This document shows positions 8,431 through 16,755 of a stretch of 52,236 nt of DNA, piece by piece (the first letter of the stretch is position 1; each line of letters begins with the position of its first letter). The stretch comes from Hyphomicrobium sp. (lineage in GTDB: Bacteria > Pseudomonadota > Alphaproteobacteria > Rhizobiales > Hyphomicrobiaceae), in contig JANOCZ010000019.1 of assembly GCA_031412455.1 (NCBI GenBank), forward strand, positions 1 through 52,236, given 5' to 3'. Under the pieces are notes generated by a model. The model saw nothing but the letters and a program-made list of their open reading frames with translations. It ran no database searches and was not told the origin of the DNA. The position numbers and the translations under genes were made by a program.

Positions 8431-9054
8431 CTAGCTTTGACCCGGCCGAGACGATGTCATGAACAGCGCGACGGCCATGGCGCGATTGCTCACTTCAAGT
8501 TTGTCGTAGAGATTTTTTAGGTGATATTTGACTGTATTTCGCGTGATTCCGGTGCGGTCGGCAATTTGTAGATTGGTCCAGCCGTTGGCCAGCGCCGCCA
8601 ACAATTCGCGCTCACGGGCGGTGAGGCTGGCCAGCGGATCATAATTCAGGAGATCGATGTCTATGTATGGAAGCGACAGTCTGCCGCGCGATACGGCGAC
8701 GACAGCTTCGAGCAGCACCGCTGGTTCTTCCATCTTGGAGACGAAACCCCAGGCGCCGCCCTTGATCGCTTGCCGAAGCACGTCAGTGCTGCGCTCGCCG
8801 GTATAGACGACGACGCGCGTCGGCCATTTTTCTGCGCGTATCCGCTCGAGCACCGCTGAGCCTTGCATGTCTGGCAACGACCATCCGACAATCGCGATCT
8901 CGACGTTAGATTTATCCAAGCCTGCGAGTAGGGCCGCGCCCGAGGCGAAAACGCCGGCGACGTCAAAGCGGCCGTCTTTCAAAACAAGGGCTTCAAGGCC
9001 GGCGCGTACGACCGGATTCTGGTCGACAATTGCCACCCCGCTCTTCGACGCCAT
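8431..9054 (-). CDS. NarL/LuxR-family response-regulator-like transcription factor with atypical Asp-less receiver
   Basis: REC pattern (AIVDQ...IAIVGWSLPD...YTG...GFVSK) plus LuxR HTH (LTARERELL...GWTNLQIA...TVKYHLKNLYDKL); start MASKS with GGAAGG upstream. Confidence 0.88.
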   Translation of the reverse strand: MASKSGVAIVDQNPVVRAGLEALVLKDGRFDVAGVFASGAALLAGLDKSNVEIAIVGWSLPDMQGSAVLERIRAEKWPTRVVVYTGERSTDVLRQAIKGGAWGFVSKMEEPAVLLEAVVAVSRGRLSLPYIDIDLLNYDPLASLTARERELLAALANGWTNLQIADRTGITRNTVKYHLKNLYDKLEVSNRAMAVALFMTSSRPGQS

Positions 9055-9095
9055 TCGTTCTTGCCGTCCTTCCAAAATGCTGGTTCAGCCCGACT

Positions 9096-9172
<77 letters not shown>

Positions 9173-9204
9173 ATGCTGCTGCGGTTCGCGCTCGATCCTC
9201 CATT

Positions 9205-9233
9205 CCTATGAAGTTGCAACTGCTTGCCGTCAA
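9205..9233 (-). promoter_or_regulatory. Putative sigma70 promoter of tRNA-Arg (and possibly the downstream regulator)
   Basis: Minus strand TTGACG-N17-CATAGG, about 30 nt upstream of the tRNA 5' end. Confidence 0.5.
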
Positions 9234-9395
9234 GAGAACCGGGGTGCGGGCGATCGGCGCCTGCTACAAAAAGGCGAAAGACCTCCGCCGCAATCAAAGG
9301 TTGTATTGTAACGGATTCTTCATAAGGTCCCGCGCGTGCGAATTCGTACGAACGATGACGTGTGCAGTTGTGTCGGTTGGTTGGGGGATTTTGTC

Positions 9396-12300
9396 ATGGG
9401 TACTATCCGCGTCGAAGCCGTGCCGGTCAAAAGCTATAATCTCGGGCTGTTTCGTTTCGATCACCTGCAACTCGTCTATCAGGACGAGACCGACGTCATC
9501 GACAGCCAAGACTACTGGTACGTGCTCGAAGGTATTCAGGACGGACCGCTGTTCAGTTCAACGCTCGGCGCGAGTGGCGAAAATGGCTCCCTGTCACTTG
9601 GTGTTTCAAATGACGCGGGCCGGGACGAGCTTATCTCCATCATCGGCACGCCGGAAATGCGCGGATCAAGAATCATCGCGTCGGGGTCCACGGCGTTCTC
9701 CACTTGGAGCCAATTGACTGCGTATGCCGGCGAGATTGAGGACCAACAATATCGCTATGTTGCCTACTCGTTGCCATTCTCAGTATCGGGAACGATCAAT
9801 TCGACGTCGCTGATTTCGTCGGCGCTCTGGTCGGTCGGCATCGACCTCAACAACGTCATGCCATTCAGTTTACGCCTTTCGCCCGGCGCAGAGACCATTC
9901 TGGGCACGGCCGGCGACGACGACATGCGGGCGGCCGGCAACTTTACGACGGTCGCTACGGGGCTTGGTAACGACACCCTGCGCGGTTCGACGAACACGAT
10001 TTGGCTTGAGAAACTCTTTGGTGGCGCTGGCGACGACACGTTCCATTGGTCGCTCGGCGATAACGTCGTCAATGGCGGCCAGGTACGGATGGCCTACATC
10101 AACGATGGTCTCGATACGATGGATTATTCCGGCATCGGGGCTGTTTATATCAGCACTACCGAACATGCCGTCGAACACAAGATTGCCGACTACTTCGCCG
10201 ACTTCGAGGGCGGGTCCGATCAACTCTTTTCAATCGAGCAAGTCTCATGGGACTCTGGCACCGACGTGGTGGAGTCCGGCCCGGGTGTCGACCTTTTTGA
10301 AAAGCCAGTGAGGCTCGACTTGCAGGGCGACTCGGGTGGCCGGGGCGACGAACTCAGCATGGCCGGCGGCAATGCATCGCTGCTCGTCAATGTTTCCTCA
10401 GGAGGTATGATTTCCGTTCAGGCCTTGGCCAACGAAGGGCTCGATGCCGGGTTTTGGGTCAGCTCTCTCGAGTGGTTCGCCGGCTCAAAAGGAAACGATG
10501 AGATTTACACCGGCGGCAGCATGCGCGGTGCCGAAGGCGGTGATGGCGACGATCTCATAGATACGCGGCTTACTGAGCCGTTCAGCGGCCAAAGTCCCAA
10601 CGGCTACGACATCGAAATCGACGGCGGGGAGGGCGATGACACGCTTGTCACGGGCTCGGGACGAACCTTCGCTGCGGGTGGCAACGGTGCCGACATGTTC
10701 GTGCTTTCCGCTATGAGCAGCGGTGTGGGAACTATCGAACTTGTTATCGACGACGCCGACAGCAGCGACAAACTCTACATTCCCTACGATTTGTTCACGG
10801 TCACACGCGGCGATTACGAGGGCTCGTCGCTGTTTCAACTGACGGGCGGCGTGTTCAAGATCGACGACGCGATCACGCGGTCGTATTTTTACTGGGGCGA
10901 TTCTGACGACGATCAAGTGCAGGGAAATATCTCATTCGTCGGCAACATTTTTTACGAGATGGAGGGATCAGATCTCGTCATCTCCATCCTGCAGGGACAT
11001 CAGGAAAGCGTCACGATCGACTACGGTCCGGGCGAACCACCAGGGCCGACGGTTACCTACGCCGCGATCGAGGAAGAAACGTTGTCGATCGTGCGTGTCA
11101 GCAACTGGTCGGAGGGGATGCTCGGGATCACGTTCCCGGTGACATGGGATGTCACGACCGCTGGTGAAGGCGAATTATTGTCTGATTATCCAGGCTACCA
11201 AAGCGCGGTGAGCAACGCCACGCAATCCAGCCGATTCATCTCTGGACTTGACGAACGTCCCGAAAGCCATACGCCCCGAGAGTTTGGAACGGCTGTCGCC
11301 ACGGCTCGTTCGTTAGCGCCACCGGTCACCGATGGCACTGCGGGGGACGACATCATTATCGCTGATCATGGCGGGCCGTACCACATCTCGGGGGGCGCGG
11401 GCGACGACAGCATCACGGGAAGCGACGGGGGCGACGAGATTGACGGCGGCACGGGTGCCGACAGTATGAGCGGTGGACGCGGTAACGACGCCTATCACGT
11501 CGATGCCGCTGGCGATCGGGTCATCGAAGTCGCCGGCGGCGGTTTCGACAAGGTCTATAGTTTTGTCGACTACCTCCTCGGTGACTTCGTCGAGCACGTC
11601 ACGCTGCAAGGTAGCGCCACTACCGCGACCGGAAACGATCTGCGCAATACGCTCGTTGGCAACGATCTGAACAATATTCTGATCGGCGGCGGCAGCAACG
11701 ATACGCTGGCCGGCAATCTCGGCGACGACACGCTCATCGGCGGTCTTGGAGGCGACGGATACGTCTACGAACTCGGCGACGGCCGCGATAAGATCATAGA
11801 AGTCGTCGAGGCTGGTGTCCGCGACGTCATTGTTTTTGCCGGTGAGCTCAAGGCCAGCGATGTCGCGTTCTACCGGCGGCCCGACACGCCGCTCGATTTA
11901 ACGCTGCGCTTTGCCGACGGCGGCAGCCTGACGGTTGTTGACTATTTCAGCGCAGCTGGGCCAAACATCGAAGCTGTCGAATTCGCATCTGGCGACGCCG
12001 ATTGGACGATGGAGCAATTCGCCGATTTAGCCGGCAATGCCGCTTTGACAGCAAACATCGCACCGATCGCGCGTGACGACGTCCTCGCCTACGCGGGTGG
12101 CCGAAGCGTCGTTGTTCCGTTTGCCGCGCTCCTCGATAACGACACGGATCAAAACGGTGACCAACTGACGGTGTTATCGTTGGCCAACGTCATCGGCGGC
12201 ACGGCCGTGTTCGACGGACACGGGGGCATTGTCGTGGATAGCGCCTCTGGGCCAGGGCATGTGAGTTTCGATTACACAGTCAGCGACGGACAGGGCGGCA

Positions 12301-13271
12301 CGGCCAAGGCAACGTTTGACGTGTCGATGGTGCCAAATTCTGCGCCTCGTCTGACGTCTGGCACGGTCAGTACGATCGTCGAAGACACAGCCGCGGCCGG
12401 GCGGCTAATTGCCAGCGACGATGACGGCGACACGATCATCTACGCCGTGAAAGCTGGTGCAGGACCAGCAAAGGGTACCATTGTTTTCGCGGAGGACGGT
12501 CATTTCGTCTACACGCCACACAGCAATGCCAATGGCCCGGATAGCTTCACCTTGACAGTGTCGGATGGCCTTAGCGCTGCGGTCGAGCAGGCGTTTGCGG
12601 TTTCGATTGCAGCGATCAACGATGCACCCATTGCGCAAGCGGACCAGGGCTTCTCGCTGCAATCGGGAGCGACGTTGCAGCTTGCAGCCGTGTCCATTCT
12701 TGGTAACGACACGGATATCGACGGCGATCTTCTCGCGCTCGCGTCGGTTAGTGCTATCAGCGGCGGCACCGTGGTGCGCACTGCTGACGGCGGTGTCAGC
12801 TTCACGGCGACCACCGGTTACACGGGCGCGGCCTCGTTTGCGTACACCGTCTCGGATGGGCATGGCGGAACAAGCTCGAGTTCCGTGGCGCTCACCGTGA
12901 CGCCGGCTCCGCCTGGCCCTGCGACGCCGAACATGATTATTGGGACAGACGGTCGCGACGTCCTCATCGGAACCTCGGGCAACGATATTTTCATCGGCAA
13001 AGCCGGCAGCGATACCTTTGTGTTTCGCCGCGGTATCGGCCACGATCAAATCAACGATTTCCAAACGGGGAGTTTCTTCGCAAATCTCTTTGGCGGTACT
13101 AAAGACGTGATCGATTTGCGCGGCGCAGGATTTACCGGCATTTTCGATTTCTTGAACCATATGTCCAAGTCGGGATCGGACACGCTGATCACGACGCATG
13201 ACGGCGGCTCGATCCTGGTCAAAAACGTGACGCCCAATCACTTCTTCTTCGACAACTTCAAACTGTTTTGA
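9396..13271 (+). CDS. Large RTX Ca2+-binding protein with cadherin/Ig-like repeats (probable type I-secreted adhesin or exoenzyme)
   Basis: 1,291 aa from ATG 9396; many GGxGxD nonapeptides; three Ig/cadherin-like units (APIARDD...LLDNDTD...FDYTVSDG; NSAP...FTLTVSDG; INDAPIAQAD...FAYTVSDG); C-terminal GSDTFVF...GHDQINDF...DVIDL T1SS-type tail; no N-terminal signal peptide. Confidence 0.85.
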   Translation: MGTIRVEAVPVKSYNLGLFRFDHLQLVYQDETDVIDSQDYWYVLEGIQDGPLFSSTLGASGENGSLSLGVSNDAGRDELISIIGTPEMRGSRIIASGSTAFSTWSQLTAYAGEIEDQQYRYVAYSLPFSVSGTINSTSLISSALWSVGIDLNNVMPFSLRLSPGAETILGTAGDDDMRAAGNFTTVATGLGNDTLRGSTNTIWLEKLFGGAGDDTFHWSLGDNVVNGGQVRMAYINDGLDTMDYSGIGAVYISTTEHAVEHKIADYFADFEGGSDQLFSIEQVSWDSGTDVVESGPGVDLFEKPVRLDLQGDSGGRGDELSMAGGNASLLVNVSSGGMISVQALANEGLDAGFWVSSLEWFAGSKGNDEIYTGGSMRGAEGGDGDDLIDTRLTEPFSGQSPNGYDIEIDGGEGDDTLVTGSGRTFAAGGNGADMFVLSAMSSGVGTIELVIDDADSSDKLYIPYDLFTVTRGDYEGSSLFQLTGGVFKIDDAITRSYFYWGDSDDDQVQGNISFVGNIFYEMEGSDLVISILQGHQESVTIDYGPGEPPGPTVTYAAIEEETLSIVRVSNWSEGMLGITFPVTWDVTTAGEGELLSDYPGYQSAVSNATQSSRFISGLDERPESHTPREFGTAVATARSLAPPVTDGTAGDDIIIADHGGPYHISGGAGDDSITGSDGGDEIDGGTGADSMSGGRGNDAYHVDAAGDRVIEVAGGGFDKVYSFVDYLLGDFVEHVTLQGSATTATGNDLRNTLVGNDLNNILIGGGSNDTLAGNLGDDTLIGGLGGDGYVYELGDGRDKIIEVVEAGVRDVIVFAGELKASDVAFYRRPDTPLDLTLRFADGGSLTVVDYFSAAGPNIEAVEFASGDADWTMEQFADLAGNAALTANIAPIARDDVLAYAGGRSVVVPFAALLDNDTDQNGDQLTVLSLANVIGGTAVFDGHGGIVVDSASGPGHVSFDYTVSDGQGGTAKATFDVSMVPNSAPRLTSGTVSTIVEDTAAAGRLIASDDDGDTIIYAVKAGAGPAKGTIVFAEDGHFVYTPHSNANGPDSFTLTVSDGLSAAVEQAFAVSIAAINDAPIAQADQGFSLQSGATLQLAAVSILGNDTDIDGDLLALASVSAISGGTVVRTADGGVSFTATTGYTGAASFAYTVSDGHGGTSSSSVALTVTPAPPGPATPNMIIGTDGRDVLIGTSGNDIFIGKAGSDTFVFRRGIGHDQINDFQTGSFFANLFGGTKDVIDLRGAGFTGIFDFLNHMSKSGSDTLITTHDGGSILVKNVTPNHFFFDNFKLF

Positions 13272-14398
13272 CCGTCGCCTTGCTCATCCGAAATGGTGCG
13301 CGATATGAGCATCGGATCGGGCTAGACTACGCCGACCTCAAGCCTGACGGACCTGCTGCCGTGGCACGCGTTGTTTTTGCCTGTCCATATTTTGAAAGGC
13401 TGGCCGGCTTCATCGCCATTGCCGGTTTGGCCGCGTCGTTGGCATTCGGTTCTCAGGCCCAGGCGGCGGATGAGGCCGCTGATGGGGCGGTTCCAACCGT
13501 CTCAACGTGCGTCCTCCAACCAGGTGCGGCGCGCACGGTGGCTCGCATCATTGATTCAGAGACGGTACAGCTCGATGATGGAGCAGAGGTTCGCCTCATT
13601 GGAGCGCTTGGCCCGCGGGCGCGCGACGCCGGGGCTGTTGAAGCGGCATGGCCGGCAGAAGTGCGAGCTATTGACGTCCTGACCCAGCTAACATTGGGGC
13701 GGACCGTCAGGCTTGGCTATGGGGGGCGGCAACGCGACCGCTACGGCCGGCACCTTGCCCACCTGTTCGTCGATACCGCGGACGGCGAGATCTGGGTTCA
13801 GGGAGCAATGCTTTCAGCTGGTGCGGCGCGGGCTTACTCGCTGCCCGGCAGCGGCGTTTGCGGGAGCGAACTTCTGGCGCACGAGGCTGTGGCGCGACGT
13901 ACGGCTTTGGGGTTGTGGGCGTCATCGCTCTATCGTGCAAAACCTGCTGATCGCTCGACGCTGCTCATGAGCCGCCGCGGCCGCTTTGAGATCGTCGAAG
14001 GCGTCGTGCAATCGGTTAGCAACATCAAATCAGGCACGTATCTCAATTTCGGCGCCGATTGGCGATCGGACTTTACCGTACGAATCGCCAAAGGCGTGCT
14101 GTCGGCTTCGCCTGACCTCGCCGCGAAAGTTGCCGACCTCGTGAGCCGACGCGTGTCTGTCAGAGGTTGGATCGAACGCCGTAATGGACCGATGATCGAT
14201 CTTCAAGACGCGGGTCAGCTTGAGGTCCAGAATGAGGACACGCCGCCGATTGCGGGCGTCAGCGCGCCGGGCGCGGGTGATCATTCGCGCGCTGCCAGCC
14301 CGTCGGAGGCTCGAAATCCGCTCGTTCGCCCAGCCCCTGACAGTGAAAAGCGCCCGGAGCTTCCTGAACGGAAGACCCCGGGCGCTCTTGATCTCTAA
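13268..14398 (+). CDS. Exported thermonuclease (SNase)-family protein with probable C-terminal OB-fold; true start may be GTG 13361
   Basis: Hydrophobic segment ending AQA-AD; VARIIDSETVQLDDG..VRLIG, RDRYGRHLA, GLW motifs; YLNFG.DWR.DFT, RVSVRGWI C-terminal domain. Confidence 0.8.
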   Translation: MTVALLIRNGARYEHRIGLDYADLKPDGPAAVARVVFACPYFERLAGFIAIAGLAASLAFGSQAQAADEAADGAVPTVSTCVLQPGAARTVARIIDSETVQLDDGAEVRLIGALGPRARDAGAVEAAWPAEVRAIDVLTQLTLGRTVRLGYGGRQRDRYGRHLAHLFVDTADGEIWVQGAMLSAGAARAYSLPGSGVCGSELLAHEAVARRTALGLWASSLYRAKPADRSTLLMSRRGRFEIVEGVVQSVSNIKSGTYLNFGADWRSDFTVRIAKGVLSASPDLAAKVADLVSRRVSVRGWIERRNGPMIDLQDAGQLEVQNEDTPPIAGVSAPGAGDHSRAASPSEARNPLVRPAPDSEKRPELPERKTPGALDL

Positions 14399-14441
14399 AA
14401 TCAGAGACGGCTAGGCCACGGTGCGTGGCCGACCCGCGTCG

Positions 14442-15476
14442 TCAGGCGGCTTCACCAACCGATTCAGCTGCAGCGCCATCGGCTGCCAAGCGGCGGCTCT
14501 TGGCGCTCTTGGAGAGCACCTCGACAATACGCTGCGTCGCGCCGCGCTCGTCGAGCTTCTCAACCGCTGCCAGCTCGCGCGCCATACGATCCAGTGCGTC
14601 TTCGTACAGCTGGCGTTCGGAGTACGACTGCTCAGGCTGCGCTTCTGACCGGAACAAGTCGCGCACGACTTCAGCGATCGAGACAAGATCGCCCGAGTTG
14701 ATCTTCGCGACGTACTCCTGGGCGCGACGGCTCCACATCGTGCGCTTTACGCGCGCGCGGCCTTTAAGGGTATCCATCGCCCGTTTGACGATGGCCTCAT
14801 CGGCGAGCTTGCGCATGCCAACGCTCGCCAGCTTGCCTGTTGGCACCCGCAGCGTCAGTTTTTCCTTGTCGAAGGTGATCACGAACAGCTCCAGCGACAT
14901 GCCGGCGATTTCCTGCTCTTCAATACCGACAATGCGGCCGACGCCATGCGCCGGGTAGACAACGAATTCATTGGCCTTGAAGCCATGGCGCTGGTTGACC
15001 GGCTTTTTCTGGACGGCCAGAATCTGGCGGGCTGCGGCGGCTTTGTCAGCGGCACCTTTTTGGGTTGTCGGAGAAGCTGCACCGACGACCGGTGTCGTCA
15101 GTTTCTGACCGACAGGCTTTTGCACCGCTGCCGTGATGGCGCGGTGAGCAGCCGTCGAAACAGGCTTGACGACTTGCGCGGCTGCGGCAACCAGCTTCTT
15201 AGGCGCGAGTTCCACTTTGTTCGGTTTGACGACAGACTTAGCGGCAATAGGCTTCGCAGCCACCGCCTTAGCGGCGAGGTGCGCCGGCTTTGCCGTAATC
15301 GGGGTCGTTTTTGCCTTGGCCGTGGGCGCAGCGACTTTCAGCGAAACGGATGGTTTCGCTTTCGAAGAAGGGTTGGCATTTTTAGTCGTTGCGGCTGCCT
15401 TCACGATGGGAACCTTGCGTGTGGCCACATTAGTGGCAAATTTAACGGGGGCAGCGGCTTTTTTCTTCTGGGCCAT
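14442..15476 (-). CDS. carD: CarD/CdnL-family RNA polymerase-binding regulator with long Lys/Ala/Pro-rich N-terminal extension
   Basis: FVVYPAHGVGRI, LRVP, WSRRAQEY..KINSGDL..IAEVVRDL, SYSERQLY; follows fdxA as in Alphaproteobacteria. Confidence 0.92.
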   Translation of the reverse strand: MAQKKKAAAPVKFATNVATRKVPIVKAAATTKNANPSSKAKPSVSLKVAAPTAKAKTTPITAKPAHLAAKAVAAKPIAAKSVVKPNKVELAPKKLVAAAAQVVKPVSTAAHRAITAAVQKPVGQKLTTPVVGAASPTTQKGAADKAAAARQILAVQKKPVNQRHGFKANEFVVYPAHGVGRIVGIEEQEIAGMSLELFVITFDKEKLTLRVPTGKLASVGMRKLADEAIVKRAMDTLKGRARVKRTMWSRRAQEYVAKINSGDLVSIAEVVRDLFRSEAQPEQSYSERQLYEDALDRMARELAAVEKLDERGATQRIVEVLSKSAKSRRLAADGAAAESVGEAA

Positions 15477-15787
15477 TTCGTTTCTCACTCCAGCGTACTA
15501 AGGTCGTTCAGCAATGCTGCCGAACTTCCCACTTCCGGTCGGTACTCAACCGGTCTGCAATCGACCAGCAAGCGCAAGCGCTCGCTGAGACACGCACCCG
15601 CTGGCGTCCTTCCGATGACGGAAGTTCGTCCGCGTGCGCTCGCTTTAGCCAAGTCGTACAAATTCAACCGCCGCCTTTAGCCCGACGCCCCACGTCGTTT
15701 TATTTGAAGTCCATGCCCTATGAACAATAGACTTCTTTTGTTCGCGGCAGTTTCTTATTTGTGCTCTCTTAACGCCATCACAACTCC

Positions 15788-15816
15788 ACCCTAACACACT
15801 CTTGACGGAAATTGAA
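15788..15816 (-). promoter_or_regulatory. Putative carD promoter with extended -10
   Basis: Minus strand TTCAAT-N17-TAGGGT with TG at -15/-14. Confidence 0.4.
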
Positions 15817-15935
15817 GGGCAGTGGCCTGAGACACTCTCGTGACGCCACGGTAAACGCCGCCGTGTTGTCGGCGCAATGCTCGCATTAGCGAGACTAGGA
15901 CTTTGAGAAATCGCTGTCTGGAGAAAGAGATTCCT

Positions 15936-16274
15936 CTAATCGCCAGAACCGGGCTCGGCTGAGAAATATTTTTCGAATTTTTCGCTTTCGTCTTTGTGGG
16001 CGTCTGCGTCAGAGGGCGCTGCCTTCTTGGCCGTAATATTCGGCCACGACTCCGCATACTTGCGGTTGAGTTCCAGCCATTTCTCAACGTTGGGTTCAGT
16101 GTCGGGCTTAATGGCGTCGACCGGGCACTCGGGTTCGCAGACACCGCAGTCAATGCATTCGTCGGGATGGATGACGAGCATATTCTCGCCTTCGTAAAAA
16201 CAGTCGACTGGGCAGACCTCGACGCAATCGGTGTATTTGCACTTGATGCATTTCTCGTTGACGATGTAGGTCAT
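15936..16274 (-). CDS. fdxA: FdxA-type dicluster ferredoxin
   Basis: [51 protein letters not shown]; start reset to ATG 16272-16274. Confidence 0.95.
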   Translation of the reverse strand: MTYIVNEKCIKCKYTDCVEVCPVDCFYEGENMLVIHPDECIDCGVCEPECPVDAIKPDTEPNVEKWLELNRKYAESWPNITAKKAAPSDADAHKDESEKFEKYFSAEPGSGD

Positions 16275-16308
16275 GCTTTTCCTGGCCGCTTTTGTCTTGC
16301 GCGGGGTA

Positions 16309-16755
16309 CTAGTCTTCGCGGAATCGATCCTTGAGGCGTTCAGTAGCCCGCCGGTCGCGCTTGCTCGGGCGGCCCGAGCCAGCTGGACGGACTGCGGCCG
16401 CGGCATCTGAAACAAAGGATGACTCGTGGCCCGCTGGGGCCTTAGCCGATGATTTGGTCTGAACCGTCGCGGGTGTCAATTCCCGATACAGGTTCTGCGC
16501 TTCCGTCGCGGGCCCACGGCGTGTGCCGATCGCCACCACTTCGAAAGTGCGGATGTGCGGCCCCATAGACAGGGTCAACACATCACCGGCCTTGAGCCGG
16601 ATGCTCGGCCGGTCACACTTCGTCTTGTTCACGCGGATCTTGCCGCGAGCAATTAGCGCTTGGGCAAGGGTGCGAGACTTTGTCAGTCGGGCAAAGAAGA
16701 GCCACTGATCGAGGCGCTGATCGGCAGCAACGGAGGGCGCGGCGCTGCCCGTCAT
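16309..16755 (-). CDS. S4-domain RNA-binding protein (Hsp15/HslR-like)
   Basis: [39 protein letters not shown]; start overlaps helicase stop by 4 nt. Confidence 0.88.
   Translation of the reverse strand: MTGSAAPSVAADQRLDQWLFFARLTKSRTLAQALIARGKIRVNKTKCDRPSIRLKAGDVLTLSMGPHIRTFEVVAIGTRRGPATEAQNLYRELTPATVQTKSSAKAPAGHESSFVSDAAAAVRPAGSGRPSKRDRRATERLKDRFRED

Noticed and set aside
11330-11790. Repetitive GGCGACGAC-like DNA as a tandem repeat or CRISPR array
   Set aside because: Degenerate codons of RTX nonapeptides; no identical repeat-spacer pattern and no cas genes.
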